Source of the DNA: a virus
Lineage: Duplodnaviria > Caudoviricetes
IMG/VR virus record: IMGVR_UViG_3300021400_000347
Coordinates: 1 to 64,000 of that record
DNA: 64,000 nucleotides
Direction: 5' to 3' (one strand)
Below, one piece after another: positions 1 to 7,878 of this stretch. Position 1 is the stretch's first letter. Every line of letters starts with the position of its first letter. Both the position numbers and the translations under genes were made by a program. The notes below the pieces were generated by a model. That model searched no databases and was not told where the DNA came from. It saw nothing but the letters and a program-made list of their open reading frames with translations.

Positions 1-43
1 TTTATTAAAATTTTTAGTATAATATATATGTAATCAAGGGAAA

Positions 44-116
44 GCACCATTAGTCTAACTGGATAAAACACTTGACTACGGATCAAGGTATGTGGGTTCA
101 AGTCCTGCATGGTGCG
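44..116 (+). tRNA. tRNA-Arg(ACG)
   Basis: Cloverleaf; acceptor gcaccat/atggtgc; anticodon arm cttga-ctACGga-tcaag; T loop ttcaagt. Confidence 0.93.
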
Positions 117-120
117 CGAG

Positions 121-262
121 GGTACTGCTATCCTTGGTGGAAAGACCACAAGCGGCGGCTGAAATGTCGTTAGGATGGGAACCGATATTTGAAGCACTAA
201 GACCCGAAACTTAGTGTGCGTTTGTCGGAATTAAATGAGGAAACACGGGGATCTACCATCCA
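121..262 (+). ncRNA. Unassigned structured RNA between tRNAs
   Basis: No ORF; nested helices atcct/aggat, tggt/acca, ccgata/tgtcgg, cactaag/cttagtg. Confidence 0.4.
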
Positions 263-270
263 TATTTTAT

Positions 271-343
271 GCACCATTAGCTCAGTTGGAAGAGCACTTG
301 ACTCTTAATCAGGGTGTCCAGGGTTCAAGTCCCTGATGGTGTA
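271..343 (+). tRNA. tRNA-Lys(CTT)
   Basis: Cloverleaf, loop ctCTTaa. Confidence 0.95.
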
Positions 344-348
344 CTTTC

Positions 349-421
349 GCGAGGTTAGCTCAGTTGGGAGAGCATCTGCCTTACAAGCAGAGGGTCGGCG
401 GTTCGAGTCCGTCACTTCGCA
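349..421 (+). tRNA. tRNA-Val(TAC)
   Basis: Cloverleaf, tctgc-ctTACaa-gcaga. Confidence 0.95.
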
Positions 422-426
422 CTTAT

Positions 427-499
427 GCTCCGGTAGCCCAGTTGGAAGAGCAGTAGACTGAAAATCTACGTGTGGGTAGTTCGATTCTACCCCGGAGCA
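427..499 (+). tRNA. tRNA-Phe(GAA)
   Basis: Cloverleaf, gtaga-ctGAAaa-tctac. Confidence 0.95.
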
Positions 500-502
500 C
501 AT

Positions 503-578
503 GCTCGTGTAGCCAAGCGGTAAGGCACTTGACTTTTAATCAAGGTACGGTCGGGTTCGACTCCCACCACGGGCACCA
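503..578 (+). tRNA. tRNA-Lys(TTT)
   Basis: Cloverleaf, cttga-ctTTTaa-tcaag, encoded CCA. Confidence 0.93.
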
Positions 579-608
579 TCAAAATAAATACAAAGCGAGG
601 TTTTTAGA

Positions 609-815
609 ATGAGTTTCAAAGAAGCATACAAGGCTATGCGCGAAGGTAAGGCAATCTCAAATACCGAGCATCCAGATGATCGGTGGGTTTGGGAGAATGA
701 TCAGATGGTTTTCAAAAGCGGTGGCGGCCTAAATTATCCTGTACAGGATATGCTCTGTATTGAGTATCTACTCGATCAGATCGTGCAGGATATTTGGTTT
801 ATTGTTGAAGAGTAA
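609..815 (+). CDS. Small protein resembling DUF2829/Tad2 family
   Basis: RBS gagg; N-term MSFKEAYKAMREGKAI and C-term ..QDIWFIV resemble the family's termini (by eye). Confidence 0.45.
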   Translation: MSFKEAYKAMREGKAISNTEHPDDRWVWENDQMVFKSGGGLNYPVQDMLCIEYLLDQIVQDIWFIVEE

Positions 816-926
816 ACAACATATTTAGGGACGCTTCACCTTGCTAAAGCCGTAATACGTGGCTAAAGTAACGAATGGCGTGAAGCATAGCATAGTTGTT
901 GGGAGAAGGCTTGACTATGCTAATAT

Positions 927-1000
927 AGGGGTGTGGTGTAATGGCAGCATTAGACTCTCCAAAAGTCCAGATTGGGGTTCAAGTCCCTGCGCCCCTGCCA
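927..1000 (+). tRNA. tRNA-Trp(CCA)
   Basis: Acceptor aggggtg/cgcccct, loop ctCCAaa, G73+CCA. Confidence 0.88.
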
Positions 1001-1003
1001 TAT

Positions 1004-1078
1004 GCGTATGATACTCGTCGGCCGGGTGGCGGCCTGCAAAGCCGCTGTTAGTAGGTCCAACTCCTACCATACGCTCCA
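1004..1078 (+). tRNA. tRNA-Cys(GCA)
   Basis: gcggc-ctGCAaa-gccgc, U73+CCA; atypical T loop tccaact. Confidence 0.85.
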
Positions 1079-1081
1079 TAT

Positions 1082-1153
1082 GCCCCATTAGCTCAACGGA
1101 CAGAGCCCGTGCCTTCTAAGCACGTCATATATGTTCAACTCATATATGGGGTA
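1082..1153 (+). tRNA. tRNA-Arg(TCT)
   Basis: cgtgc-ctTCTaa-gcacg, cloverleaf. Confidence 0.88.
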
Positions 1154-1195
1154 CTAGCCCGTGAGGGCAAAATATTCTAAAAGAGGTACAAAACT

Positions 1196-1735
1196 ATGGC
1201 AAATGCAAGACTAAAGATTCTTCCACCTTGGACTATTGCTATCCGTAAGTTTGAGGCCCTGTTTGATGGTGACCCTTAGATCGCATGTAACTGTAACTTT
1301 GGTGGCTCAGAGCCTTCTATCATATTCGCCTGTAATAATGGTGATAAGGTAGCTGCTCTACTTCAGATTCTTCCTGAAGAGATTGATTTTGGCAATGTTA
1401 AGCTAAAGGTAGTTGTTGATGGCACCCCCAGTAATCGTGCTTTCACAAGCAAGGTTGACCTATTTGACGCTGCTTTTAAGGGCAATCCAGCTTATGCTTA
1501 TTCCGTTTGCCCCGCTGAGGAAGGCTACCAGTGGATTGGAACTACTTATGTAGTATTCAACAACTGCGTGGTACAGTTTGCTGCGGACAACCTAAACGAT
1601 TGCCACGGTGTAATCAGCACTCTATACGAGACTATTGCTGATGAGCTTCTAACTGGCCCCGCTACAGAAGGCGTATTCTTCAATACTAACGTTGAGCGCG
1701 CGGGCGTAGGTATGCCGCTTGGTGAATGGCCCTAA
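1196..1735 (+). CDS. Hypothetical protein, 179 aa (one TAG read as Gln)
   Basis: RBS agaggt; frame open except TAG at 1277; ends TAA before a hairpin; missing from ORF track. Confidence 0.8.
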
Positions 1736-1762
1736 TTACTCTGGCGGCTTTAGCCGCCACTC

Positions 1763-1833
1763 GCACCTATGATGTAGTGGTAACATACGATCTTGCCAAG
1801 GTTGGTTCACCGGTTCAAATCCGGTTAGGTGCT
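1763..1833 (+). tRNA. tRNA-Gly(GCC)
   Basis: Cloverleaf, loop ttGCCaa. Confidence 0.9.
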
Positions 1834-1836
1834 TAT

Positions 1837-1910
1837 GCCAGTTTAGCTTAGTTGGTTAAAGCGCTTGCCTTGTAAGCATGAGAGCCTCGGTCCGAATCCG
1901 AGAACTGGCT
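1837..1910 (+). tRNA. tRNA-Thr(TGT)
   Basis: Cloverleaf, loop ctTGTaa. Confidence 0.88.
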
Positions 1911-1930
1911 TTTTACAAAGGAGGATAACT

Positions 1931-2410
1931 ATGCTAGAATTTTCTAAAGAAGAAAATAAGCGTCTATGTGATACTTACCCCTTCCTAATTCCATCAAATC
2001 CATTTAGTGGAAAACGTATTAATAGCGGCGAAAAGGGCTTCTGGCCCGGCTCTCCTGATGAAATGCCAGAGTGGGATTACGAATATACTGAGCTTGATAA
2101 CGTGCCTGATGGATGGCGTCTTGCTTTTGGCGAACAAATGTGCGCAGAAATTAAGCAGGCACTTGTTGAAGAAGGGCTACTTGACGATTACCGTATTACT
2201 CAAATCAAGGAGAAGTATGGCTCTTTAAGATGGTATAGTAATTTTTCCACAAGAAAAATAGAGCGGATAATCGACAAATATGAAGAACTTAGTCTGCGCA
2301 CTTGTATTGTATGTGGCGCGCCCGCCACTAAATTAAGCAGAGGTTGGATTTGTCCATACTGTGACAAGTGCGCAGATCCAAATGAAGAGTTTGATGAATT
2401 AGATATTTGA
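1931..2410 (+). CDS. Phage hypothetical protein (QIKEKYGxLRWY motif, C-terminal Zn finger)
   Basis: RBS gagga before ATG 1931; CxxC..CxxC. Confidence 0.75.
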   Translation: MLEFSKEENKRLCDTYPFLIPSNPFSGKRINSGEKGFWPGSPDEMPEWDYEYTELDNVPDGWRLAFGEQMCAEIKQALVEEGLLDDYRITQIKEKYGSLRWYSNFSTRKIERIIDKYEELSLRTCIVCGAPATKLSRGWICPYCDKCADPNEEFDELDI

Positions 2411-2435
2411 CTTTTCCTAAAAATTTTGCTATAAT
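2407..2435 (+). promoter_or_regulatory. sigmaA-type promoter upstream of suppressor tRNA/DUF2828 unit
   Basis: TTGACT-N17-TATAAT. Confidence 0.85.
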
Positions 2436-2468
2436 ATATACATAAGGTGAGGGAAGAAACCTCCCTAT

Positions 2469-2557
2469 AGCCCCTTAGTTGAATGGCACAACAGCTGACT
2501 CTAAATCAGTAAGCGTGGCTGACACCGCGGGTCTGGGTTCGAATCCTAGAGGGGCTG
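2469..2557 (+). tRNA. Amber suppressor tRNA (anticodon CUA), long variable arm
   Basis: agcccct/aggggct acceptor, gctga-ctCTAaa-tcagt, 22-nt variable region, ctggg-ttcgaat-cctag, G73. Confidence 0.9.
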
Positions 2558-2615
2558 CTAAGGCTTGGGTAAGAGAACCCTGTAAGTAGTTGATAATGGA
2601 ACAATAACCTTGTAT

Positions 2616-2689
2616 CCGGGTGTAGCGCAGCTTGGTAGCGCATCTGCTTTGGGAGCAGAGGGCCACAGGTTCAAATCCTGTTACCCGGA
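2616..2689 (+). tRNA. tRNA-Pro(TGG)
   Basis: tctgc-ttTGGga-gcaga, cloverleaf. Confidence 0.95.
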
Positions 2690-2722
2690 CTGAACAAGAG
2701 AAGAGAAGAAGGAGAAAAGAAG

Positions 2723-4237
2723 ATGGACAACACTTTCACTAACGCCGCTCGTAAGGTGGCAACCTATACTACTACCGAAAATGGCCATGATGCCGTTTCC
2801 ACTACTGGTGCGGCCGTACTTGACCTTTATGGCCTTGTTGGCGCACTTCGTGGCGCAGACAAAAATCGCATTCAGGAGCTTTTTGCTCGTGCGATTGCGG
2901 AGGATAAACTCCTGGCCGCACGCACTATGTTCTACGCCCGTGATGCCCGTGGTGGTGTTGGTGAGCGCGACGTTTTCCGTACCATGCTCCACTATGCCGC
3001 TATTGCGCATCCGGAGATTGTGCGGCCTAACCTCAAGTATATCCCTGAGTTTGGCCGTTGGGATGATGTCTACGCTCTTGTGGATACTCCTCTTGAGAAG
3101 CAGGGCTTTGAGCTGATGGAGAATCAGCTTCATAACGACCTTGCCGCGCTTAAGCGTGGTGAGAGCATTAGCCTTCTCGCGAAGTGGCTGAAGAGTTGTA
3201 ATGCTTCTTCTTGGGTGACTCGTCGTCTTGGCGAGCTCACTGCTAAGTATTTTGGCCTTCCTGAAGCCCAGTATCGCCGTGTACTTAGCCGCCTGCGCAA
3301 CGCGATTAATATCGTAGAAACGCAGATGTCCCAGAGCAAGTGGTCAGAGATTGACTACTCTAAGCTTCCTAGCCGCGCTGGCCTTGTTCATCGTGAAGCT
3401 TTCAAGCGGCATGATGAGGATCGCTACTTCGATTTCATTACGCAGGTTAATGAGGGAAAGACTTCCATTCATACTGCGATGAATACTCCTCAGGATCTCG
3501 TCCATGTTTACATGGAGCAGGGCGACGAAGATGAAGATCCTACTGTAGAAGCGATGTGGAAGAATCTGCCCAACTTTGTTGGAACGGATGAAAACATCCT
3601 TTGTATGGTGGACGTAAGTGGCTCGATGAACGGGCGGCCAATGGAGGTATCGACTGGCCTTGGAATGTACTTCGCGCAGCGCAATACTGGCGCATTCCAT
3701 AACCTCATGCTCACCTTTGAGTCTAAGCCTGCGTTTGTCGCGCTTCGTGAGGGAGCTAGTCTGCGGCAATGTCTGATGGATACCCTACGAATGGGTTGGG
3801 GTGGTTCTACCAATCTAACCCTTGCTTGTCAGGAGATTTTGGACTTCGCTAAGAAGAATCATATCCCTGATAAAGATATGCCGCGGCGTTTCATCATTAT
3901 CTCCGACATGGAGATTGATGATGCTACTCGGGATTGGACCGGTTACTACCGTTATAAGGACACGATTGACCGCAGCAACATTCTCCATTGCGATGAACTG
4001 CGCGCGCAGTACGCCGCAGCAGGCTATACCATGCCGCAGGTCATCTACTGGAATGTTGCTTCTCGGGACAACCGATTCCAGACCCAATCCGACGTACCCG
4101 GCACCATGCTTGCTTCTGGTAGCTCTCCGGCTATTTTCAAGGCACTCATGGAAATGAAGGATCTTAACATCACTCCTCTGGATGCGATGCGCGAGGTTCT
4201 TAACAGCGAACGCTACAGTGTTATCACTGTAGAATAA
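2723..4237 (+). CDS. DUF2828-family Ro60/TROVE-like protein with C-terminal vWA domain
   Basis: TENG..STTG N-term, RDARGGVGER, GRWDD, LAKWL; vWA MIDAS DVSGSM, GGSTN, IISDME, YWNV. Confidence 0.85.
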   Translation: MDNTFTNAARKVATYTTTENGHDAVSTTGAAVLDLYGLVGALRGADKNRIQELFARAIAEDKLLAARTMFYARDARGGVGERDVFRTMLHYAAIAHPEIVRPNLKYIPEFGRWDDVYALVDTPLEKQGFELMENQLHNDLAALKRGESISLLAKWLKSCNASSWVTRRLGELTAKYFGLPEAQYRRVLSRLRNAINIVETQMSQSKWSEIDYSKLPSRAGLVHREAFKRHDEDRYFDFITQVNEGKTSIHTAMNTPQDLVHVYMEQGDEDEDPTVEAMWKNLPNFVGTDENILCMVDVSGSMNGRPMEVSTGLGMYFAQRNTGAFHNLMLTFESKPAFVALREGASLRQCLMDTLRMGWGGSTNLTLACQEILDFAKKNHIPDKDMPRRFIIISDMEIDDATRDWTGYYRYKDTIDRSNILHCDELRAQYAAAGYTMPQVIYWNVASRDNRFQTQSDVPGTMLASGSSPAIFKALMEMKDLNITPLDAMREVLNSERYSVITVE

Positions 4238-4246
4238 ATAAAATCT

Positions 4247-4511
4247 TTAGGCGCACACAGCAACTTTAAAAGTTCTTGAAAAACTTAAACGCGCCTAGTT
4301 AGGCACTTACAGCAAAGATTTTATGAATAATAATTTACTTTTAGGCACGCACAGCAACGATTGGGATTGAACATAGAATATGTTTACTACCGTGCCTAGT
4401 ACATAACTAAGACGCATACAGCAATTTATATGTATAATTGATTGGGTTGAATCATACAAAGCGCGTCTTGATTAGCACCACCTCCTCTGTCCGTATAACT
4501 TAAGTGCCTAG
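4247..4511 (+). repeat. Array of four TWAGRCRCDYACAGCAA stem-loop units (putative ncRNAs)
   Basis: Units start 4247, 4299, 4341, 4408; each 5' arm has a complementary 3' arm (4291-98, 4501-11, 4391-99, 4463-70) with compensatory changes. Confidence 0.85.
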
Positions 4512-4512
4512 T

Positions 4513-4544
4513 CGCGCCGTGTACAAAAGCACGGCGCGTTTTTT
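4513..4544 (+). terminator. Rho-independent terminator
   Basis: cgcgccgtgt-acaaaa-gcacggcgcg + T6. Confidence 0.85.
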
Positions 4545-4559
4545 GAAAGGAGAGCAAAT

Positions 4560-4994
4560 ATGAAATTATATACTTCATACTTTTATCAAATTAGATTCTT
4601 TCCTCGTAATTTAATTCCGCTATCTACGGTGGTCTGGCCGCCTAAATATCAAATTAAAGATAGCACAGGCGCGCCCGCATTGATTATTGATTGCCCGCCA
4701 CTTAAGCCTGGATCTGCGTGCGAAGGGCTTTGTCGTGGCGCGTGCTCACCGAAGCATCCGTCTAACTGTGATTTCTTAAAAGTCTATCATAAGCAACTAC
4801 AAGCTATTGATTTTACAAAGTTTATGCGCAAGCTAGAACATTTAAAGAAAATTATTGAAGAGCAAGAACATCTAGAGGATGTAAACTTTGCCTTTATTGT
4901 TTTTGAAGCCCCGACTAATTTATGTAGTGAAAGAGTAATAATTCAATCTTGGTTTGAAGAAAATGGTCTAGAAGTAAAAGAATGGCAGAGGTGA
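4560..4994 (+). CDS. Hypothetical protein, DUF488-like
   Basis: LYTSYF start; C-terminal FEAPxxxCSERxII..WF. Confidence 0.55.
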   Translation: MKLYTSYFYQIRFFPRNLIPLSTVVWPPKYQIKDSTGAPALIIDCPPLKPGSACEGLCRGACSPKHPSNCDFLKVYHKQLQAIDFTKFMRKLEHLKKIIEEQEHLEDVNFAFIVFEAPTNLCSERVIIQSWFEENGLEVKEWQR

Positions 4995-4999
4995 TATTT

Positions 5000-5299
5000 A
5001 TGCGCAACCTCGCGGAGAAGCGTCATAACGATTGGAAGAAAGCTATTCGTAAGCGCGATATTGTCAGGGATGTATATCGCTTTGATAACGATTGGTATGA
5101 TAACTTACATCAGTATAGCAAGAATAAGATTTTCTGTTCTTGCCCTATGTGCGCGTGTAAATCTACTGGCAGGCTAGCTAAGCGATTAGCCGGCCCCGCA
5201 GAAAATTGGAGTATTGCTGACAAACGTAAGCAGCAGTCTGCTGCTGAACAAATGGAGGAGTTTGAAAATGAGTGTGAGACAGACACCGATTCTGACTGA
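5000..5299 (+). CDS. Hypothetical protein
   Basis: RBS gaggtg; CSCPMC. Confidence 0.7.
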   Translation: MRNLAEKRHNDWKKAIRKRDIVRDVYRFDNDWYDNLHQYSKNKIFCSCPMCACKSTGRLAKRLAGPAENWSIADKRKQQSAAEQMEEFENECETDTDSD

Positions 5300-5534
5300 A
5301 TCGGATTTTATTACAGCCTGCGGTGAAGCATTCGAGCGCGGCGAAACTGTATTTGTACAATATAAAGATGTAAACCCAGATACTTACGAGCCAGAAGTAG
5401 TCCTAGCAGAAAACTTCATTTGGTATCTCTCTGGCCCTAATGACTTCTGGTATGAGTTTGAAACCGGTAAAGTGCGCGCCTGGAAATATTTTCCAAATCG
5501 CGAAGAACGAGATTTGCCTTGGGAAAACTCTTGA
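5268..5534 (+). CDS. Hypothetical protein
   Basis: RBS ggagg before ATG 5268. Confidence 0.65.
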   Translation: MSVRQTPILTESDFITACGEAFERGETVFVQYKDVNPDTYEPEVVLAENFIWYLSGPNDFWYEFETGKVRAWKYFPNREERDLPWENS

Positions 5535-5559
5535 CTTTTTACAAAAATTCAAGTATAAT
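5531..5559 (+). promoter_or_regulatory. sigmaA-type promoter
   Basis: TTGACT-N17-TATAAT. Confidence 0.8.
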
Positions 5560-5585
5560 ATACTTGTAAGAAAGGGGAAAATAAG

Positions 5586-5918
5586 ATGAACATCTATATC
5601 TATGTCGATGATATTCGTACCGATGATCGCTTCTTTCGTTCTCTGAACGGCGAGTGGTGTCCTGTTATCTGTAGGGACTACGATGAGACGATTAACATTC
5701 TCCAGAATGGTATTCATCCCGATGACGTTGTTATCATTGACCTGGATCACGATCTCGGCTTTGACGATGATAGCGTTGAGCTGAACGGCTACGACATTTG
5801 TCGGTATATTGTTGAGCATCAACTCCCCATTTCCGCTTTCCACATTCATTCTATGAACCCTGTTGGTGTTGCCAATATGCGGCAGCTCCTCACGCATTAT
5901 GGTGTAAAGGAGATTTAA
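5586..5918 (+). CDS. Cyclic-phosphate-processing receiver (REC-like) domain protein
   Basis: YVDDIR, IDLDHDLG, GYDI, IHSMNPVG..NM motifs. Confidence 0.75.
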   Translation: MNIYIYVDDIRTDDRFFRSLNGEWCPVICRDYDETINILQNGIHPDDVVIIDLDHDLGFDDDSVELNGYDICRYIVEHQLPISAFHIHSMNPVGVANMRQLLTHYGVKEI

Positions 5919-5919
5919 G

Positions 5920-6300
5920 ATGAAAATTATCGACTTCGCGCGCAAGGGTAATGTTGTTCGTTTCTATCTGGGTGAAGATGACTTGACCGATTGGTATGGT
6001 GATGACTGGAATGATTATCCATACGAGTGCAATGCGGGCCGTGTGTATGAACGCTTCGTATCTGGCATTCGTGACATTGTTGTCCCGTTTGAATGGCTTG
6101 TCCTTGAACCTTGCCAGACATATTACCACGGTGAGTTTTCCAAGGATGAAATGAAGGCGCGCAAACTTCCTTGCCTTCTGTTTATCCCACCGTATATGGA
6201 TACTTGGAGTGACGATTATCATCATTATCTTGGTTCAGAAGGTGTTATTAAGGTATACCTTGGTGATGATATCAAAAAGTATACCGACTTAACATTTTGA
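5920..6300 (+). CDS. Hypothetical protein
   Basis: ORF with RBS; YGDDWNDxPYECNAG. Confidence 0.7.
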   Translation: MKIIDFARKGNVVRFYLGEDDLTDWYGDDWNDYPYECNAGRVYERFVSGIRDIVVPFEWLVLEPCQTYYHGEFSKDEMKARKLPCLLFIPPYMDTWSDDYHHYLGSEGVIKVYLGDDIKKYTDLTF

Positions 6301-6325
6301 CTTTTATTAAAAATTGCGATATAAT
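6297..6325 (+). promoter_or_regulatory. sigmaA-type promoter
   Basis: TTGACT-N17-TATAAT. Confidence 0.8.
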
Positions 6326-6351
6326 ATATATGTTGAAAGGAGAGATGACCT

Positions 6352-6708
6352 ATGAGAGAGTACTCAATGGGTAGCCATGATAGGCGCAAACATCAGCGTT
6401 GGCTTAATGCTTACTGCCGCATGATGAACAGAAGCATTGCAAATGACCCTCTTTGGTTAGGTCGTTTCGTCATCGAACAAAAAAGTACCGCAATAAAATG
6501 GTTTGAGGACGGAAGCGGTGGTCTGCTTTACTGCCACCTTCGCTTCCGCGATAAGAAAACTGACCGCGTAAAAGATTGGTACACAGATTGCTTAGATCTA
6601 TGTTGGCACGGCTGGTTTCAAATGAACGACTTCATTGTTAAGGATTGTAAAGTTTGGGAACTGGAACGTCCCTGTGAGGACAGAAAGGATTACAGAAATG
6701 TCAACTAA
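6352..6708 (+). CDS. Hypothetical protein
   Basis: RBS aaggag. Confidence 0.7.
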   Translation: MREYSMGSHDRRKHQRWLNAYCRMMNRSIANDPLWLGRFVIEQKSTAIKWFEDGSGGLLYCHLRFRDKKTDRVKDWYTDCLDLCWHGWFQMNDFIVKDCKVWELERPCEDRKDYRNVN

Positions 6709-6925
6709 CCGTTATGAGTTCACCTTCTATCCGGGCGAAGATAATGAGTACGAGCATTATACTTGCCTGACTCTTGAGGCCCCTGAAGGTCTCCACGCCG
6801 CTGACTTCCATCGTATGTGCCGGAACTTCGCGCTCGTACTTGGCTATGCGCCTGAAACCATTGATGAATATTTCGGCCCTGAGCGTGATGACGCCTTCCT
6901 GGAGAACATTGGACATGACAATTAA
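6698..6925 (+). CDS. Hypothetical protein
   Basis: Overlapping ORF, RBS aagga. Confidence 0.65.
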   Translation: MSTNRYEFTFYPGEDNEYEHYTCLTLEAPEGLHAADFHRMCRNFALVLGYAPETIDEYFGPERDDAFLENIGHDN

Positions 6926-7094
6926 TTTTGATGAGTTATATCATGATCTAATGGAATATTGGACACATATGGAACAGGGCTTCGTAATCAATGCTATGAT
7001 TGATGTTCAAAAGGCTTAGGAAAAGCAAGACTATGAGACAATCGTAGCTTGGGCAGTACAGGAGGGATTTGATCTAAATGATTACTCTTCATGA
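6915..7094 (+). CDS. Hypothetical protein (one TAG=Gln)
   Basis: RBS ggag; reads through TAG 7017 to TGA. Confidence 0.6.
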
Positions 7095-7272
7095 ACTTCA
7101 TAAGAAGTACCTGATGGAGCATACTGGCGCCGATAAGATTATTGAGGATCGAGGCCTGTGGGGCTATGATAAGTATTGTTTCAGCGAGTTTGTGACTTCA
7201 CAGGGCGGAGATGTTGTTGTATATCGTATTTACGGTACGGATGAAAAAACCATGAAGTGCTGCGTTCACTGA
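7078..7272 (+). CDS. Hypothetical protein
   Basis: RBS ggaggg. Confidence 0.65.
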   Translation: MITLHELHKKYLMEHTGADKIIEDRGLWGYDKYCFSEFVTSQGGDVVVYRIYGTDEKTMKCCVH

Positions 7273-7284
7273 GAGGAGAATAAG

Positions 7285-7491
7285 ATGTTTAAGTATAAGG
7301 TTGACTTTTGGGACGAACTTGAAATGGACAGACATGAAGCAGAAGGTCTGATCGGCTGTGATGAATGGGGCGAAGCCATTGAAACAGTCAGGACTTTCTA
7401 TGGGAAGGGCAACGTAATTGGTATTTATATCGAAGAGTGGTCAAACATCGTTGAGACAGAAGATGTCGTTCACGGCTTGACTGATAAGTAA
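7285..7491 (+). CDS. Small acidic hypothetical protein
   Basis: RBS aggag; resembles 10752..10955. Confidence 0.65.
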   Translation: MFKYKVDFWDELEMDRHEAEGLIGCDEWGEAIETVRTFYGKGNVIGIYIEEWSNIVETEDVVHGLTDK

Positions 7492-7511
7492 TCGCGGCGA
7501 AAGCCGCATAT

Positions 7512-7874
7512 GCGGGTATGGCGGAATAGGCAGACGCCACAGACTTATATAATTTGAGCACTAAGATACGAAAGTTCTTATGTGAATGCTCCCTAATTCG
7601 GTAAAACTCCCTCTGGGACAATACCGAGCTAAAATAAATAGTTGGTTCCGCTAAGCTCCTATTTGTGATTGTGGCGTAGATTAAAGCGTGAGCAGTTAAG
7701 GGGTCACCGCCAGTTATTTATAAATGTGTAGAGACTATATAGGAGCCTCCTAAATCGTAAGACAAGGAGAAGAGATAGCCCAGACTACAACGCAGTAATG
7801 CGGCCATAGTAATATGGAGTAGTAAGAAAATCTGTTGTCCTCTGGACGTGCCGGTTCAAGTCCGGCTACCCGCA
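7512..7874 (+). tRNA. tRNA-Leu(TAA) interrupted by a group I intron
   Basis: Exon1 7512-7546 (..acagactt) + exon2 7827-7874 (aaaatctgt..) rebuild acaga-ctTAAaa-tctgt; acceptor gcgggta/tacccgc. Confidence 0.9.
7547..7826 (+). mobile_element. Group I intron (280 nt, no homing endonuclease ORF)
   Basis: Follows exon U, ends in G; P/Q/R/S-like aattcggtaaaa, aataccgagc, gtagagactata, aagagatagccc. Confidence 0.85.
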
Positions 7875-7878
7875 CTAT

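Noticed and set aside
2469-2557. tRNA-Pyl / pyrrolysine decoding
   Set aside because: tRNA-Pyl has a very short variable loop; no pyl genes seen; TAG sites fit Gln
2558-2615. Theta (HDV-like) ribozyme after the suppressor tRNA
   Set aside because: Could not build the nested double pseudoknot by eye; only a short gggt/accc hairpin. A motif search would be decisive
2681-4157. Antisense and alternate-frame ORFs inside DUF2828 (likewise 15343-16173 and 27611-28306)
   Set aside because: By-products of codon bias in well-supported genes
4247-4511. CRISPR array
   Set aside because: Repeats are degenerate and irregularly spaced, each pairs with a distal arm, one unit nests two others, and no cas genes are present
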